Shown one piece after another: positions 38,744 through 48,388 of a stretch of DNA of 64,000 nt. The position numbers were made by a program, and so were the translations under genes. Location: contig PRDH01000044.1 of the NCBI GenBank assembly GCA_003345545.1, positions 1-64,000 on the forward strand, written 5' to 3'. Numbering within the stretch: position 1 is the first letter of the stretch; the number at the start of each line of letters is the position of its first letter. The notes under the pieces are model-generated. The model had not been told where the DNA came from. It saw only the letters and a list, made by a program, of their open reading frames with translations, and searched no databases. Source of the stretch: Candidatus Thorarchaeota archaeon (GTDB taxonomy: Archaea; Asgardarchaeota; Thorarchaeia; Thorarchaeales; Thorarchaeaceae).

Positions 38744-40015
38744 ATGTCTGAAGACTATCAAGTGGTGCCTTGTCCAATGGAACATACATCCAAACTGATC
38801 AAAGGAACTCTGAGTCGAGCACTTGAAGGGAAGAGCATTGCACTCTGTGTGACGGGAAGCGTGGCTGCCGTTGAGTCTGTGGCTCTTGCAAGAAGGCTCA
38901 TGCGCCACGGTGCAGAAGTCTATCCGATTATGAGTGCAATGGCTCAGAAGATCATCCATCCCTACCTGCTGGAGTGGGCGACTGGTAATCCCGTTGTCGT
39001 CGAGCTGACAGGCCAGATTGAGCACATCACTCTAGCTGGAAAGCATAAAGGCCATGTCGACTTGGTCCTAGTCGCGCCTGCAACTGCAAATACCATAGGC
39101 AAGGTCGCAACAGGAATTGATGATACACCTGTGACTACCACAGCATCATCAGCAATCGGCGCACACATTCCGGTCATAGTAGTCCCAGCCATGCATGAGT
39201 CAATGTACGAGCACCCAGCAGTCATTGAGAACATCGAGAAGCTCAAGTCAATGGGAGTTGGAGTGGTGCCCCCGCGGCTCGAGGAGGATAAGGCGAAGAT
39301 TCCCGACACAGACGTGATAGTCGATTATGTAATAGCGAAACTGGGACCTAGGGACCTTGAAGGGAAGCACTTTGTCTTAACTGCTGGTCCGACCAGAGGA
39401 TGGATTGACAGGGTGCGATTCATCACGAATCCTTCAACAGGCAAAATGGGAATTGCAGTCGCGCAGGAACTGATTTCTCGAGGAGCATCAGTGACCCTTG
39501 TGCTCGGTCCGACCGCCCAGAAGCCCCCAGCACTTGCCGAGGTTGTGAGTGTCAATACCGCCGAGGAGATGCTGGATGCAGTGATGAAAGCTCTCTCTTC
39601 TCAGAAGACAGACTGCTTTGTTTCGGCTGCAGCTGTTTCAGACTATGTCCCAGCCAAGAAAGAAGACACGAAAATCGCATCAGGAAAGACCGACTTCGTT
39701 GTGGAACTCGTGCCTACAAAGAAGATCATCGAGGCGGCGAGAAACAAGTACAAGAGTCTCTTTATCGTGGGATTCAAGGTCGAATCAGGAGTCAGTGACA
39801 AGGAGCTGGAGAGGCGAGCGAGAGCCAAAGTAGATACAGGAATCTGCAATCTAGTCGTCGCTAATGACGAACAGAAGAAGGGAGTCGCCTTTGAAGTGGA
39901 CACAAACGAAGTACTCATCGTAGGACCGAAGGACTTCAGGGTCGAGATTCCCCTAGCCTCAAAAAGGGAAGTTGCACGGCAAATTGTAGACGTCCTAGTC
40001 AAGAGAATGAGATGA
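38744..40015 (+). CDS. coaBC: Phosphopantothenoylcysteine decarboxylase / phosphopantothenate--cysteine ligase
   Basis: VTGSVAA, APATANTIGK, PAMHESM, TAGPT, RFITNPSTGKMG, AAVSDY, VGFK, VAND. Confidence 0.95.
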   Translation: MSEDYQVVPCPMEHTSKLIKGTLSRALEGKSIALCVTGSVAAVESVALARRLMRHGAEVYPIMSAMAQKIIHPYLLEWATGNPVVVELTGQIEHITLAGKHKGHVDLVLVAPATANTIGKVATGIDDTPVTTTASSAIGAHIPVIVVPAMHESMYEHPAVIENIEKLKSMGVGVVPPRLEEDKAKIPDTDVIVDYVIAKLGPRDLEGKHFVLTAGPTRGWIDRVRFITNPSTGKMGIAVAQELISRGASVTLVLGPTAQKPPALAEVVSVNTAEEMLDAVMKALSSQKTDCFVSAAAVSDYVPAKKEDTKIASGKTDFVVELVPTKKIIEAARNKYKSLFIVGFKVESGVSDKELERRARAKVDTGICNLVVANDEQKKGVAFEVDTNEVLIVGPKDFRVEIPLASKREVARQIVDVLVKRMR

Positions 40016-40027
40016 TACAGCATCTAA

Positions 40028-40417
40028 TCAAAGGATCTCAAGCAAGGCTTCAGCCATCCGTTTCATATCCATGAATATGAGCCCGAGCTGAGCATCAACC
40101 TTTGCCAGGACAAGGAACACTGCGCGGTCGCCCACAGACGTTATGAGCGTGTATCCCTTGGAACCTTTTACATAGATTTCCATGAGACTTCCACGATCCA
40201 GCTCCACAGTGGCCTTCTCTCCAAGAGATGTAATCGCTGCGCTTATTGCAGCAACATTCTCCTGTTCGCTTTCGGGCAAGGCAGATGCAATCATGAGCCC
40301 GTCTGGAGACACAAGTGCAGCGCCTTCTACGCCGGGGACTGTTTCAAAATCACGGATGATTTTATTGATACTGTCGACGCGAGTGGACATGCTAGAACCC
40401 TCTGCCAATCCGAACAA
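40028..40417 (-). CDS. Roadblock/LC7 (MglB-like) protein
   Basis: GVEGAALVSPDGLMIAS, AAISAAITSLGE, LGLIF. Confidence 0.9.
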   Translation of the reverse strand: MFGLAEGSSMSTRVDSINKIIRDFETVPGVEGAALVSPDGLMIASALPESEQENVAAISAAITSLGEKATVELDRGSLMEIYVKGSKGYTLITSVGDRAVFLVLAKVDAQLGLIFMDMKRMAEALLEIL

Positions 40418-40490
40418 AGGCTAGTCCGTGCAGTATATATAAAACCTTATTGCAGGCACGGCAAATGCGCATTTTGATTGAAAGCACGAA

Positions 40491-43400
40491 TCAGACGCCA
40501 AAGAACTCTTTTGCATCGAATTTGCCATCCTCTTCCTTCCGCTTCTTTTCCTCTTCTTTCTCTTGCTTTTTCGACCTAGAGTCTCTACTGTCATCCTTTT
40601 GATATGAGAATGAGTCGCCTCGTTTGTGCTTGAGATAGACCCAGCCTCCCACGACCGCAGCAACGCCGCCACCGAGAATGCCTATCACAATCCATGGAAA
40701 TGGACGTACAAGTAAATACCTCTCGTAAGTCAAGGAGAGAGTGTCATGACCACTCTTACTCACGTAGAGTACTATATCAAACAGACCTACATTGTTAGCT
40801 GTCCATGTTTCGTTCACTGTCACGCTGTAGAAGCCATTCTCATCCTCAATGACACTCAATTCTGTTTCATTCAGCCATAACCGCAAATTGGCAGACTCGA
40901 TAGGATTGCCCTCCAAGTCGGATAGCCGAATAGTAACAACAACACGATCTCCGGCCCAGATAATATACTGGCTTAGTGAGATTGTTCTGAGTCGTACTGA
41001 AGGCGCTGAACCCCAATTGACAACATTTTCAACAAAGTCATCTCTGGCCGTGCCATTCGGGCTCGTGGTCGTCAACACGACCTTTCCAGACCCGTAGGTT
41101 CCTGCTACAATGACAGGGCTAGACCCAGCCACCGCAAGGACCGTGAAATTGCTCCAGACTGAGTCAAAACAACCGTAGTAATCGCTCGTTGTGTTTACGA
41201 GATTGGGGATAGTAAGCAGAGGGTGGGATTCTTCAGTATAGGATATCGGTTCAATATCTGTCGTATTGCCGAATGTGATTGGCCATGGGGCCCAACCAAG
41301 AGGACCGGCTATCCCAAGTATGGCTAAAACACCCCCTTCATGGATGTAGGAAATGATCTCAGATGAGTGCGATGCGAAGTCCTCTTCAAAGAAGAGAGAG
41401 AGAGTTTCTGGCTCTACTATGACAGTGTATCGAAGAGGGAGAAGGGATATAAAATCAGTGAAATTCGAGGATTCGTAGTAATCAAAATCAACTGTCAAAG
41501 GAGCGAGCGCGTCTGGCAGATATGAGGAAGCGCCAAGGGCTGCAATAGATGATACACCACGACCCGGCACGTGATTGCCAAAGACCTCAGACGATGGATC
41601 CAGAGCCTGAACATGCAATGAGGTGCTTGGTTCGTAGAGACGAATGGATGGGTCTCCAAACAGAATCTGCTGGTTGGCATAGTCACGAGGATCTCTTCCG
41701 ACCAGAGGATACGCATAGTCGGATGAGGTGAGCGAAAGACCAGCGGAGAGGGCGTCTCCTATTGTGTTACCCTCACAGAGAGATTGAGTGACAAGTACTG
41801 CTAGCATCCCGGCAGGCTGGAAATAGACGGTTCTTGGAGATGCAGTGACTGCGACTGCTCCATGCTGCATGAGTACAAGAGGCATGTCAGTACCGCCAAG
41901 AAGACATGCTGTCAGAATGACAATTGGCGAACCAATATTACCAATGGAGGCATCAAGCTCATCTGTGGACCGTAGGATGTGATTCGAGGATTCCGCAGAG
42001 AAGGAAACCGGATTGACTAATTTGTCTGAATCCGCTGGACTCTCTCGAACAACCAGACTCTCTTCAAAACCGTATGGACTGTCTGTCGATCTCATTGAGA
42101 TGTAGCCTTGGCCGTACGGTCGGTCGGGGGGATCTCTGGGTAGAACTGTTAGTGTCCCGTGTGTGCTCAGGGACCAGAATGCTACCTGAGAGTTCAGTCC
42201 ATTGAAGGTCTCAGTCGCGCCAACATGACTCTCGATCTCGAAGCCAACCGATTCGAGGGCGTCCGTACTGTTTTCTATTTGATATAGCACGGAGTAGTGT
42301 AGGCTATTGTCAACGAATTGTGCTCCGTCTGTATACGCATACATGCTTGTGAGAGCAGTACCCGCAGAGTCTGCTATGAGGAAGAGGTACCTGTGCAGTA
42401 GACCTCGGCTGATGAGAATCGATGCAGTTGAGGGGTCCTCAGCTGGGATCCTCCCTGGATTGAAGGCTGATTGAAGCGAACGATCGAAACTCGAGGGTAG
42501 AAGGGACATTGGTGCTACGATGACACACGGTTGAGCCACTGTCGTGTTGTATGCTCCTCGGGAGGCAAGAAAGTTCTCAAAGTCATTCACAGATTTCATC
42601 ATTGAGTATTTGTTTGGAATTCGCTCGTCATACCATCCGTTCTCAGCACGGTTCTCATACTTGTTTATGACATAGATATTGTTGATTTCAGGACCAATAA
42701 GATAGGGTGCCCAAGTTTCCTGTGCACGAGTAGTCATCTGGTTGTCATCGCCGCACAGGGAGAGTATTGGTGATCCATGGGCCGCTGCGGAATATGCTGC
42801 CGGCCCAAAGAACTCGTTGTTGTCCCCAGTAGGCACAGTGACCACGACATCAGGACTTCCGGATAGCGCAGTGATATTCCCGGTTATTGCGCCATAGCTA
42901 TTAAGATTCTTGAGAGTGTACAGGCCAGTCAGGTCAGTGACAAGTCCGGTCTGTTGCAGGTCACCACTGTCCACAAGCCAGATATCGGTTGCTCCAAGTC
43001 GGTCGAGCGCCCATTGTGTGACTTCAGGTATCTGATTCAGTTCCACATAGAGAAGAGGTACGTTAAGCAGTGATGCAAGGACTGCAGCGTTTGAGGCCGA
43101 TTCCAGGTAGTGATCGATATTTGTCGGAAGTTGAGATATCCTCCATGAGATCCCGATGTTGTTCTGCTCGTTTGTAGCATCCATCCATGAGGCTATGATG
43201 ACCCAGTCACCCTCCATTGGGTATGGAAGCTGGATGGATTCCCTGCCAGGATTGGCCAGAATGCTGCCTGCAGGAGCCCACATTACCAGACGACCATTCG
43301 GGTCAATCAGCGCAAGATTGAGGTCGGTGGCGACATTATCCCAGTTCAATGACACGTTCAACCATTTGGAGTTCGCGGGGACAGGAACCGTTTCGGTGAA

Positions 43401-44318
43401 TCCCGGATGATAGAAAACACTGCAGCTCATAGTCGTGGAACCTGGAGTATCTCTCGTGAGATTCATAGTCCACGTACCGTCAGTGGTCTTCGGAAGCCAA
43501 AAATGCAGCGGTACTGCGTTCTCTACATAGGCAGGATGTCTCGAGAAATAGACTTGGGTGTATACAGAGTAGTCGACAATCTCACCAGCTGGGTCCACGA
43601 GCTCATGGGTGATGATTTCATTGCCAGTCCAGTTGAAGCTGCCCTCAAGCCAGCCGGCCGATGTGGGCGGATCGAATGATATGCTAGTAGGCACGGTCAC
43701 ACCCGTGACAGTCCCTCCAAAAGTGTCTGTTTCTGTCGCATCATTCAGAAAAGTATGACTGCTATTTCCAGAGATAATGGCACCTGCCTGAAAGCTATCT
43801 CTCGCAGGAGAGAGCACGACAGCCCCAGAAGTACGCCATTCTGAAACTGCAATTCTCGCCGCAATCTCTGCGGAACTTATCCCGGTGATTCGAGGATAGA
43901 TCTTCGCGCCAATATCGTACTGTAGCTCCGTAAGATATGATTCTGAGAAATCCCCAATGGCTGTAGCCTGAACAAGTCCACCATCTACACTGAGGTAGTC
44001 TATCCAATCTTCTAGAAACCATTCTTCACTCTCTGAGCCGGATGAATAGATGAGGGGTGAGATGTACTGAGTGCCATTGTCATAGAACACAGACATTGGA
44101 ATAGATGAGAAGTAAGCGAACTCGTCAATGTAGGAGGATGCGTTTGGAGCAACAAGAGCGATTCTTCTTAGAGGAACCTGACTTCCGTTTGCACTAGTCG
44201 AGAAAAGGTTGAAACTTGAATGAGTCCCCATAGAACTTGGAATAACTGTGGTGGCAATGGACCAGAGTAGCAGAGCCAATATGATGGAAGTCAGTATCTT
44301 CATGCGCCAGTGTGTCAA
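40491..44318 (-). CDS. Large membrane-anchored surface protein with a gingipain/C25-like cysteine peptidase domain
   Basis: Signal peptide; CWB2-like segments; PPC-like DLNLALIDPNG; STHG...TACL...GAVA...LFGDP; C-terminal TM plus charged tail. Confidence 0.65.
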   Translation of the reverse strand: MTHWRMKILTSIILALLLWSIATTVIPSSMGTHSSFNLFSTSANGSQVPLRRIALVAPNASSYIDEFAYFSSIPMSVFYDNGTQYISPLIYSSGSESEEWFLEDWIDYLSVDGGLVQATAIGDFSESYLTELQYDIGAKIYPRITGISSAEIAARIAVSEWRTSGAVVLSPARDSFQAGAIISGNSSHTFLNDATETDTFGGTVTGVTVPTSISFDPPTSAGWLEGSFNWTGNEIITHELVDPAGEIVDYSVYTQVYFSRHPAYVENAVPLHFWLPKTTDGTWTMNLTRDTPGSTTMSCSVFYHPGFTETVPVPANSKWLNVSLNWDNVATDLNLALIDPNGRLVMWAPAGSILANPGRESIQLPYPMEGDWVIIASWMDATNEQNNIGISWRISQLPTNIDHYLESASNAAVLASLLNVPLLYVELNQIPEVTQWALDRLGATDIWLVDSGDLQQTGLVTDLTGLYTLKNLNSYGAITGNITALSGSPDVVVTVPTGDNNEFFGPAAYSAAAHGSPILSLCGDDNQMTTRAQETWAPYLIGPEINNIYVINKYENRAENGWYDERIPNKYSMMKSVNDFENFLASRGAYNTTVAQPCVIVAPMSLLPSSFDRSLQSAFNPGRIPAEDPSTASILISRGLLHRYLFLIADSAGTALTSMYAYTDGAQFVDNSLHYSVLYQIENSTDALESVGFEIESHVGATETFNGLNSQVAFWSLSTHGTLTVLPRDPPDRPYGQGYISMRSTDSPYGFEESLVVRESPADSDKLVNPVSFSAESSNHILRSTDELDASIGNIGSPIVILTACLLGGTDMPLVLMQHGAVAVTASPRTVYFQPAGMLAVLVTQSLCEGNTIGDALSAGLSLTSSDYAYPLVGRDPRDYANQQILFGDPSIRLYEPSTSLHVQALDPSSEVFGNHVPGRGVSSIAALGASSYLPDALAPLTVDFDYYESSNFTDFISLLPLRYTVIVEPETLSLFFEEDFASHSSEIISYIHEGGVLAILGIAGPLGWAPWPITFGNTTDIEPISYTEESHPLLTIPNLVNTTSDYYGCFDSVWSNFTVLAVAGSSPVIVAGTYGSGKVVLTTTSPNGTARDDFVENVVNWGSAPSVRLRTISLSQYIIWAGDRVVVTIRLSDLEGNPIESANLRLWLNETELSVIEDENGFYSVTVNETWTANNVGLFDIVLYVSKSGHDTLSLTYERYLLVRPFPWIVIGILGGGVAAVVGGWVYLKHKRGDSFSYQKDDSRDSRSKKQEKEEEKKRKEEDGKFDAKEFFGV

Positions 44319-44422
44319 TGAGGTCTACTCCATAGGAAGATACTCGAATGACAGAACCTATGCAAATAGAGTTTTCCCGTTGAGAAGGAAACTAATCCGG
44401 GGCGTATTGCCCTAGGCAGTCA

Positions 44423-45310
44423 CTAATCATCCTCAATGCCGAGCAGGTCTGGATCGAAGTCCTCATCTCCTTCATCATCATCCGGAATCTCCTCTTCCTC
44501 AGGCAAGGCATCTCGCAAATCGTCAATCATGCGTCTAAGTCTTCGACGAGTCGCCTTTGGGATATCCCACATCTTCTGTTCAGCTCTATCAAGTACCTCT
44601 CTAGCAATACCAAGAATCTCTGCTTCAGAGTAGTTCTTTGCAGCATCGACAAAAAGCTCAGCAGCTCTCTTCTCATCGCCACTCGTTTCGGAGATGTCAC
44701 CAAGGAATGAGAGTGCATCTGCAATGCCTTCCTTGTCGCCCATATCTTCATAGAGTTTCAGAGCCTTCTTGATTGTAGCCTGAGCGTTCGTCCAGTCCTC
44801 TTTGTCAGCGTATGCAGCTCCCATGTCCATGACAACACTTGCCATTCCTTGGTCATTCTCAAGGGCCTTGTAGGCCTTCTGTGCCTTCTTGAAGTACTCC
44901 ATTGCTTCATCGAAGTTGCCATGCCCAAGATTTGCCAGGCCAAGACCATAAATTGCATCTGCAACGCCATTCTTGTTAGAAGCCTTCTCAAAGAGTTTCA
45001 TGGCGGTTTCCAACGACAAGAGTGCTTCATCCCAACGCTCCAGATTGATACTTGCGACGCCGAGGTTGTAGATAGTATCACAGCTACCGTTTTCATCCTT
45101 CAATTCCTTGTAGATACGCTGGGATTCCTCAAAACACTTGTGGGCCTCCTCGAACTCCTCAACAGACATGTAGATATTGCCTGCTGCATTGAACATCTTA
45201 GCTGCCTCATCCTTCTGTCCGGATGCGAGGGCGGCTGCTGCCTGCTCCAAGAGCTCAGCAGGATTCATGTCTTCCAAAGCAACGTCGGGGTCTTCTGTCA
45301 TAAGGCGCAC
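44423..45310 (-). CDS. Tetratricopeptide repeat protein with acidic tail
   Basis: About 40-aa TPR-like repeats (YNLGV, YGLGL, MDMGA, SFLGD); D/E-rich C-terminus. Confidence 0.85.
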   Translation of the reverse strand: MRLMTEDPDVALEDMNPAELLEQAAAALASGQKDEAAKMFNAAGNIYMSVEEFEEAHKCFEESQRIYKELKDENGSCDTIYNLGVASINLERWDEALLSLETAMKLFEKASNKNGVADAIYGLGLANLGHGNFDEAMEYFKKAQKAYKALENDQGMASVVMDMGAAYADKEDWTNAQATIKKALKLYEDMGDKEGIADALSFLGDISETSGDEKRAAELFVDAAKNYSEAEILGIAREVLDRAEQKMWDIPKATRRRLRRMIDDLRDALPEEEEIPDDDEGDEDFDPDLLGIEDD

Positions 45311-45429
45311 CTAGTGAGTATGAGTGGTTGCGGTCTATATTGCTTTTGATTCTTTCTAATGAAACATCTGCCCTATATCTCAATTGATGGCCGACGGAGA
45401 GGCGATATTTTCCATAACGGACGGCGCCT

Positions 45430-46131
45430 TTATCGCTGCATGATGCTGACAGGTTTCTCCAAGAGGTGGCGTACAGCATCCTTGACCTTGAATTGTTCAT
45501 CACCCACTTGTACCTCAAGGAGTTTTCTCAGCTCAAAACGTCTGAGATAGCCAACGGCCTGGTCGCGTTCGAGATTGAGGTCCTTCATCAATTTCTTGAG
45601 GCCATCTTTTGCCCCGCTGTACTTGGCGAATTTCCCGAAGACAGTGCTCCATTGCATCATGACAAGATAGAGTAAGGTTCGAAGCATGCTATCCACATTC
45701 TCCCCAGTCTTTGCAGACACCGGAAAAACAGGAAGACCAGCCAAGAAGCGCAAGTTCATTCTGAGCGAGTCGATTGGTCGAGCTCCCTGCAAGTCCTGCT
45801 TGTTTGCAGCTACAACACAGGGCACTCCAGGAAGGAAGAATGCTATCTCTCGAAAGAAGAGCTTTGCTCTGGCATCAGAGTCCGGATCTACTGAATCAAC
45901 GACAAAAATGATGCCGTCTGCTCCCGAACTCAGTATCTTTCGCATAGTTCGAAATCGTAGAAGGCCCGGTGTTCCGAACATGAAGACACTCATGCCATCC
46001 ACATTGGCTAGACCATGATCCATCGCAATAGTTGTACCTCTGCGTTCGATATTGATGCATTGTCCATTGGTAATGTGGTAAATCATTTGGCTTTTGCCGG
46101 CTTCATATGGCCCAGTCACGACAATCTTCAT
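45430..46131 (-). CDS. Small GTPase (MglA/conservon CvnD-like) with C-terminal wHTH-like extension
   Basis: GPYEAGKS, TTIAMDHG, FGTPG..RF, NKQD, SAK. Confidence 0.85.
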   Translation of the reverse strand: MKIVVTGPYEAGKSQMIYHITNGQCINIERRGTTIAMDHGLANVDGMSVFMFGTPGLLRFRTMRKILSSGADGIIFVVDSVDPDSDARAKLFFREIAFFLPGVPCVVAANKQDLQGARPIDSLRMNLRFLAGLPVFPVSAKTGENVDSMLRTLLYLVMMQWSTVFGKFAKYSGAKDGLKKLMKDLNLERDQAVGYLRRFELRKLLEVQVGDEQFKVKDAVRHLLEKPVSIMQR

Positions 46132-46318
46132 TCCTCAACACCCACATCATATTTCTGAATGGCTGTGCTCCCAGTAATCTCATGGTCGTTAAATGGTTTG
46201 CCGTTATTAAGCACGAATTGCAAAGCTCCAGAAACAAGATGGTCAGTCCGCGACCCAAGAATATATATCGACAAAACACGAAGTATTTGGTAGAATAATA
46301 ATAGAAGTGAACTCAATC

Positions 46319-46483
46319 ATGGCAGAATCAAAGACCAACGTAAGCGAAGAGTTCTGGCTCTTTCATGATTTGGAAAAGGATGAGAAGATCGAGCTTCGCA
46401 AGTTCATTGACCCAGAGCTTGATTTGGATTCCATTAAGGGCATAGACAAGCTCTTTGATAAACTGAATCACCTGCTTGATTAG
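46319..46483 (+). CDS. Small acidic protein (54 aa), below the ORF-track length cutoff
   Basis: Hand translation MAESKTNVSEEFWLFHDLEKDEKIELRKFIDPELDLDSIKGIDKLFDKLNHLLD*; AT-rich region upstream and a GC hairpin at 46497-46514 downstream. Confidence 0.55.
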   Translation: MAESKTNVSEEFWLFHDLEKDEKIELRKFIDPELDLDSIKGIDKLFDKLNHLLD

Positions 46484-46942
46484 ATGTAGGAGAGAGGCTG
46501 CTGCCTGCAGCAGCAATTCTCAAGCGCCAAAGCCAGGTTCTAGCGAAATTCATCACAACGGGCCGCAGGTTGCTGTGGTAGCAAATCTCTGCCATCCTAT
46601 TGAATACACGTAATCGTCCGAATTGCAGGCGACAATTTTTCTCTGAACTGAGCCTTCACATACCGATGTGAAGACATCAACATTCAACGATTTCAGTCCG
46701 TCATTGACAGAATGAGCCGCAACATCATCCCCAATCTCACCCGTACATGTGTTTGCATGTGAGAGCATTGCAGCAGCCTGAAGCAGCCCCATGAGAACAT
46801 CCTCCTTACGTTCGCCTGTAACTGCGGAGACACAAATACTACTGTCTCCTTGCGCATCCCAGGCCCCAAGGTTAGCTCACTTCACAACGCTTATAGCGAG
46901 TCTAACGAGGAAGTTGGCAATCAGACATTGAGAGTGGATTAG

Positions 46943-48388
46943 ATGGACATCAAGAAGGTTTCCGAGAATGTATTCGAAATCCAGAAAGGTACTCAACCAT
47001 GCATGAGAGTTCCTGTCAGGATTTATGCGTCAGATGATCTGGTCAAAAAGATGAAACAAGATGCTACATTCAAACAGGCGACCAATGCAGCATGTATCCC
47101 AGGTATCTACACCTATAGCATAGTTCTTCCTGATGGCCACCAAGGGTATGGATTTCCCATTGGCGGCGTGGCAGCCACTGACTATGAGAGCGGCGTCATA
47201 TCTCCAGGTGGAGTGGGATACGATATCAACTGCGGTGTCAGAGTGCTTAGGACCAATCTTGACGAGAAGGATGTCAGGCCTAAGATTAGACAGTTAATTG
47301 ACCAGCTATTTGCCGATGTGCCAACCGGTGTTGGGAAGCAGGGCAAAATCAATCTACAATCGCACAAGGGCGTTGATGAGGTTCTTGAGGGTGGCTCAAT
47401 GTGGGCAGTCGAGGAAGGATATGGCTGGGAAGATGATCTTGAGAATCAGGAGGCCAATGGCAGGCTGGACATCGCAAATCCCGCAGATGTGCCAGGATCT
47501 GCCAAGGACAGAGGGCTCAAGCAGAGTGGAACATTAGGATCCGGAAATCACTTCCTCGAGATTCAACTCGTTGATGACATATATGATGAGCGGGCTGCTA
47601 AGATGATGGGAATCACGAGAAAGGGACAGGTGATGATCATGATTCACAGTGGCTCTCGTGGACTCGGACACCAAGTCTGTTCAGAGTTCATCCGGACAAT
47701 GACTCAGGCTATGCGAAAGTACAAGATTGAAGTACCTGACAGAGAACTATGTTGTGCTCCAACGACGTCGCCAGAGGGTCAAGCATACCTGGGAGCGATG
47801 AGTGCTGCAGCCAACTATGCTTTTGCCAATAGACAAGCCATGATGCACTGGACACGAGAGGCATTCTCAAAGGTCATGGGTCAATCCCCTGAGGACATGG
47901 ACATGAAACTGATCTATGATGTCGCGCACAATATGGGCAAGGTTGAGGAACATGATATTGAAGGAAAGAGGACCAAGGTCGTTGTCCATAGAAAGGGCGC
48001 CACGAGGGCGTTCCCACCAGGACACCCGGATGTGCCTTCAAAATACCGCAGCATTGGGCAGCCTGTAATCATTCCCGGAACCATGGGGACTGCATCGTAC
48101 ATTCTGATAGGAAATGAACGCAGTATGAAACTGTCATTCGGTTCCACAGCACATGGAGCAGGACGTTTTCTCAGTCGTACACAGGCGAAGAGCAGATATC
48201 AGGGAAGAGAGATACAAGAGCAACTTGCTGGGGAGGGCATCATTGTCAAAGCCACTCAGGGTGTGGTAATAGCCGAAGAAGCTCCTGGAGCATACAAGGA
48301 TGTTGATGAGGTCGTCAGAGTTTCTGATTCAATCGGAATCGCAACCAAGGCAGTCAGATTGCGACCTATCGGTGTCATCAAGGGATAG
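46943..48388 (+). CDS. rtcB: tRNA-splicing ligase RtcB
   Basis: PDGHQGYGFPIGGV, GYDINCG, GTLGSGNHFLE, HSGSRG, HRKGAT, HGAGR, EEAPGAYK. Confidence 0.97.
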   Translation: MDIKKVSENVFEIQKGTQPCMRVPVRIYASDDLVKKMKQDATFKQATNAACIPGIYTYSIVLPDGHQGYGFPIGGVAATDYESGVISPGGVGYDINCGVRVLRTNLDEKDVRPKIRQLIDQLFADVPTGVGKQGKINLQSHKGVDEVLEGGSMWAVEEGYGWEDDLENQEANGRLDIANPADVPGSAKDRGLKQSGTLGSGNHFLEIQLVDDIYDERAAKMMGITRKGQVMIMIHSGSRGLGHQVCSEFIRTMTQAMRKYKIEVPDRELCCAPTTSPEGQAYLGAMSAAANYAFANRQAMMHWTREAFSKVMGQSPEDMDMKLIYDVAHNMGKVEEHDIEGKRTKVVVHRKGATRAFPPGHPDVPSKYRSIGQPVIIPGTMGTASYILIGNERSMKLSFGSTAHGAGRFLSRTQAKSRYQGREIQEQLAGEGIIVKATQGVVIAEEAPGAYKDVDEVVRVSDSIGIATKAVRLRPIGVIKG

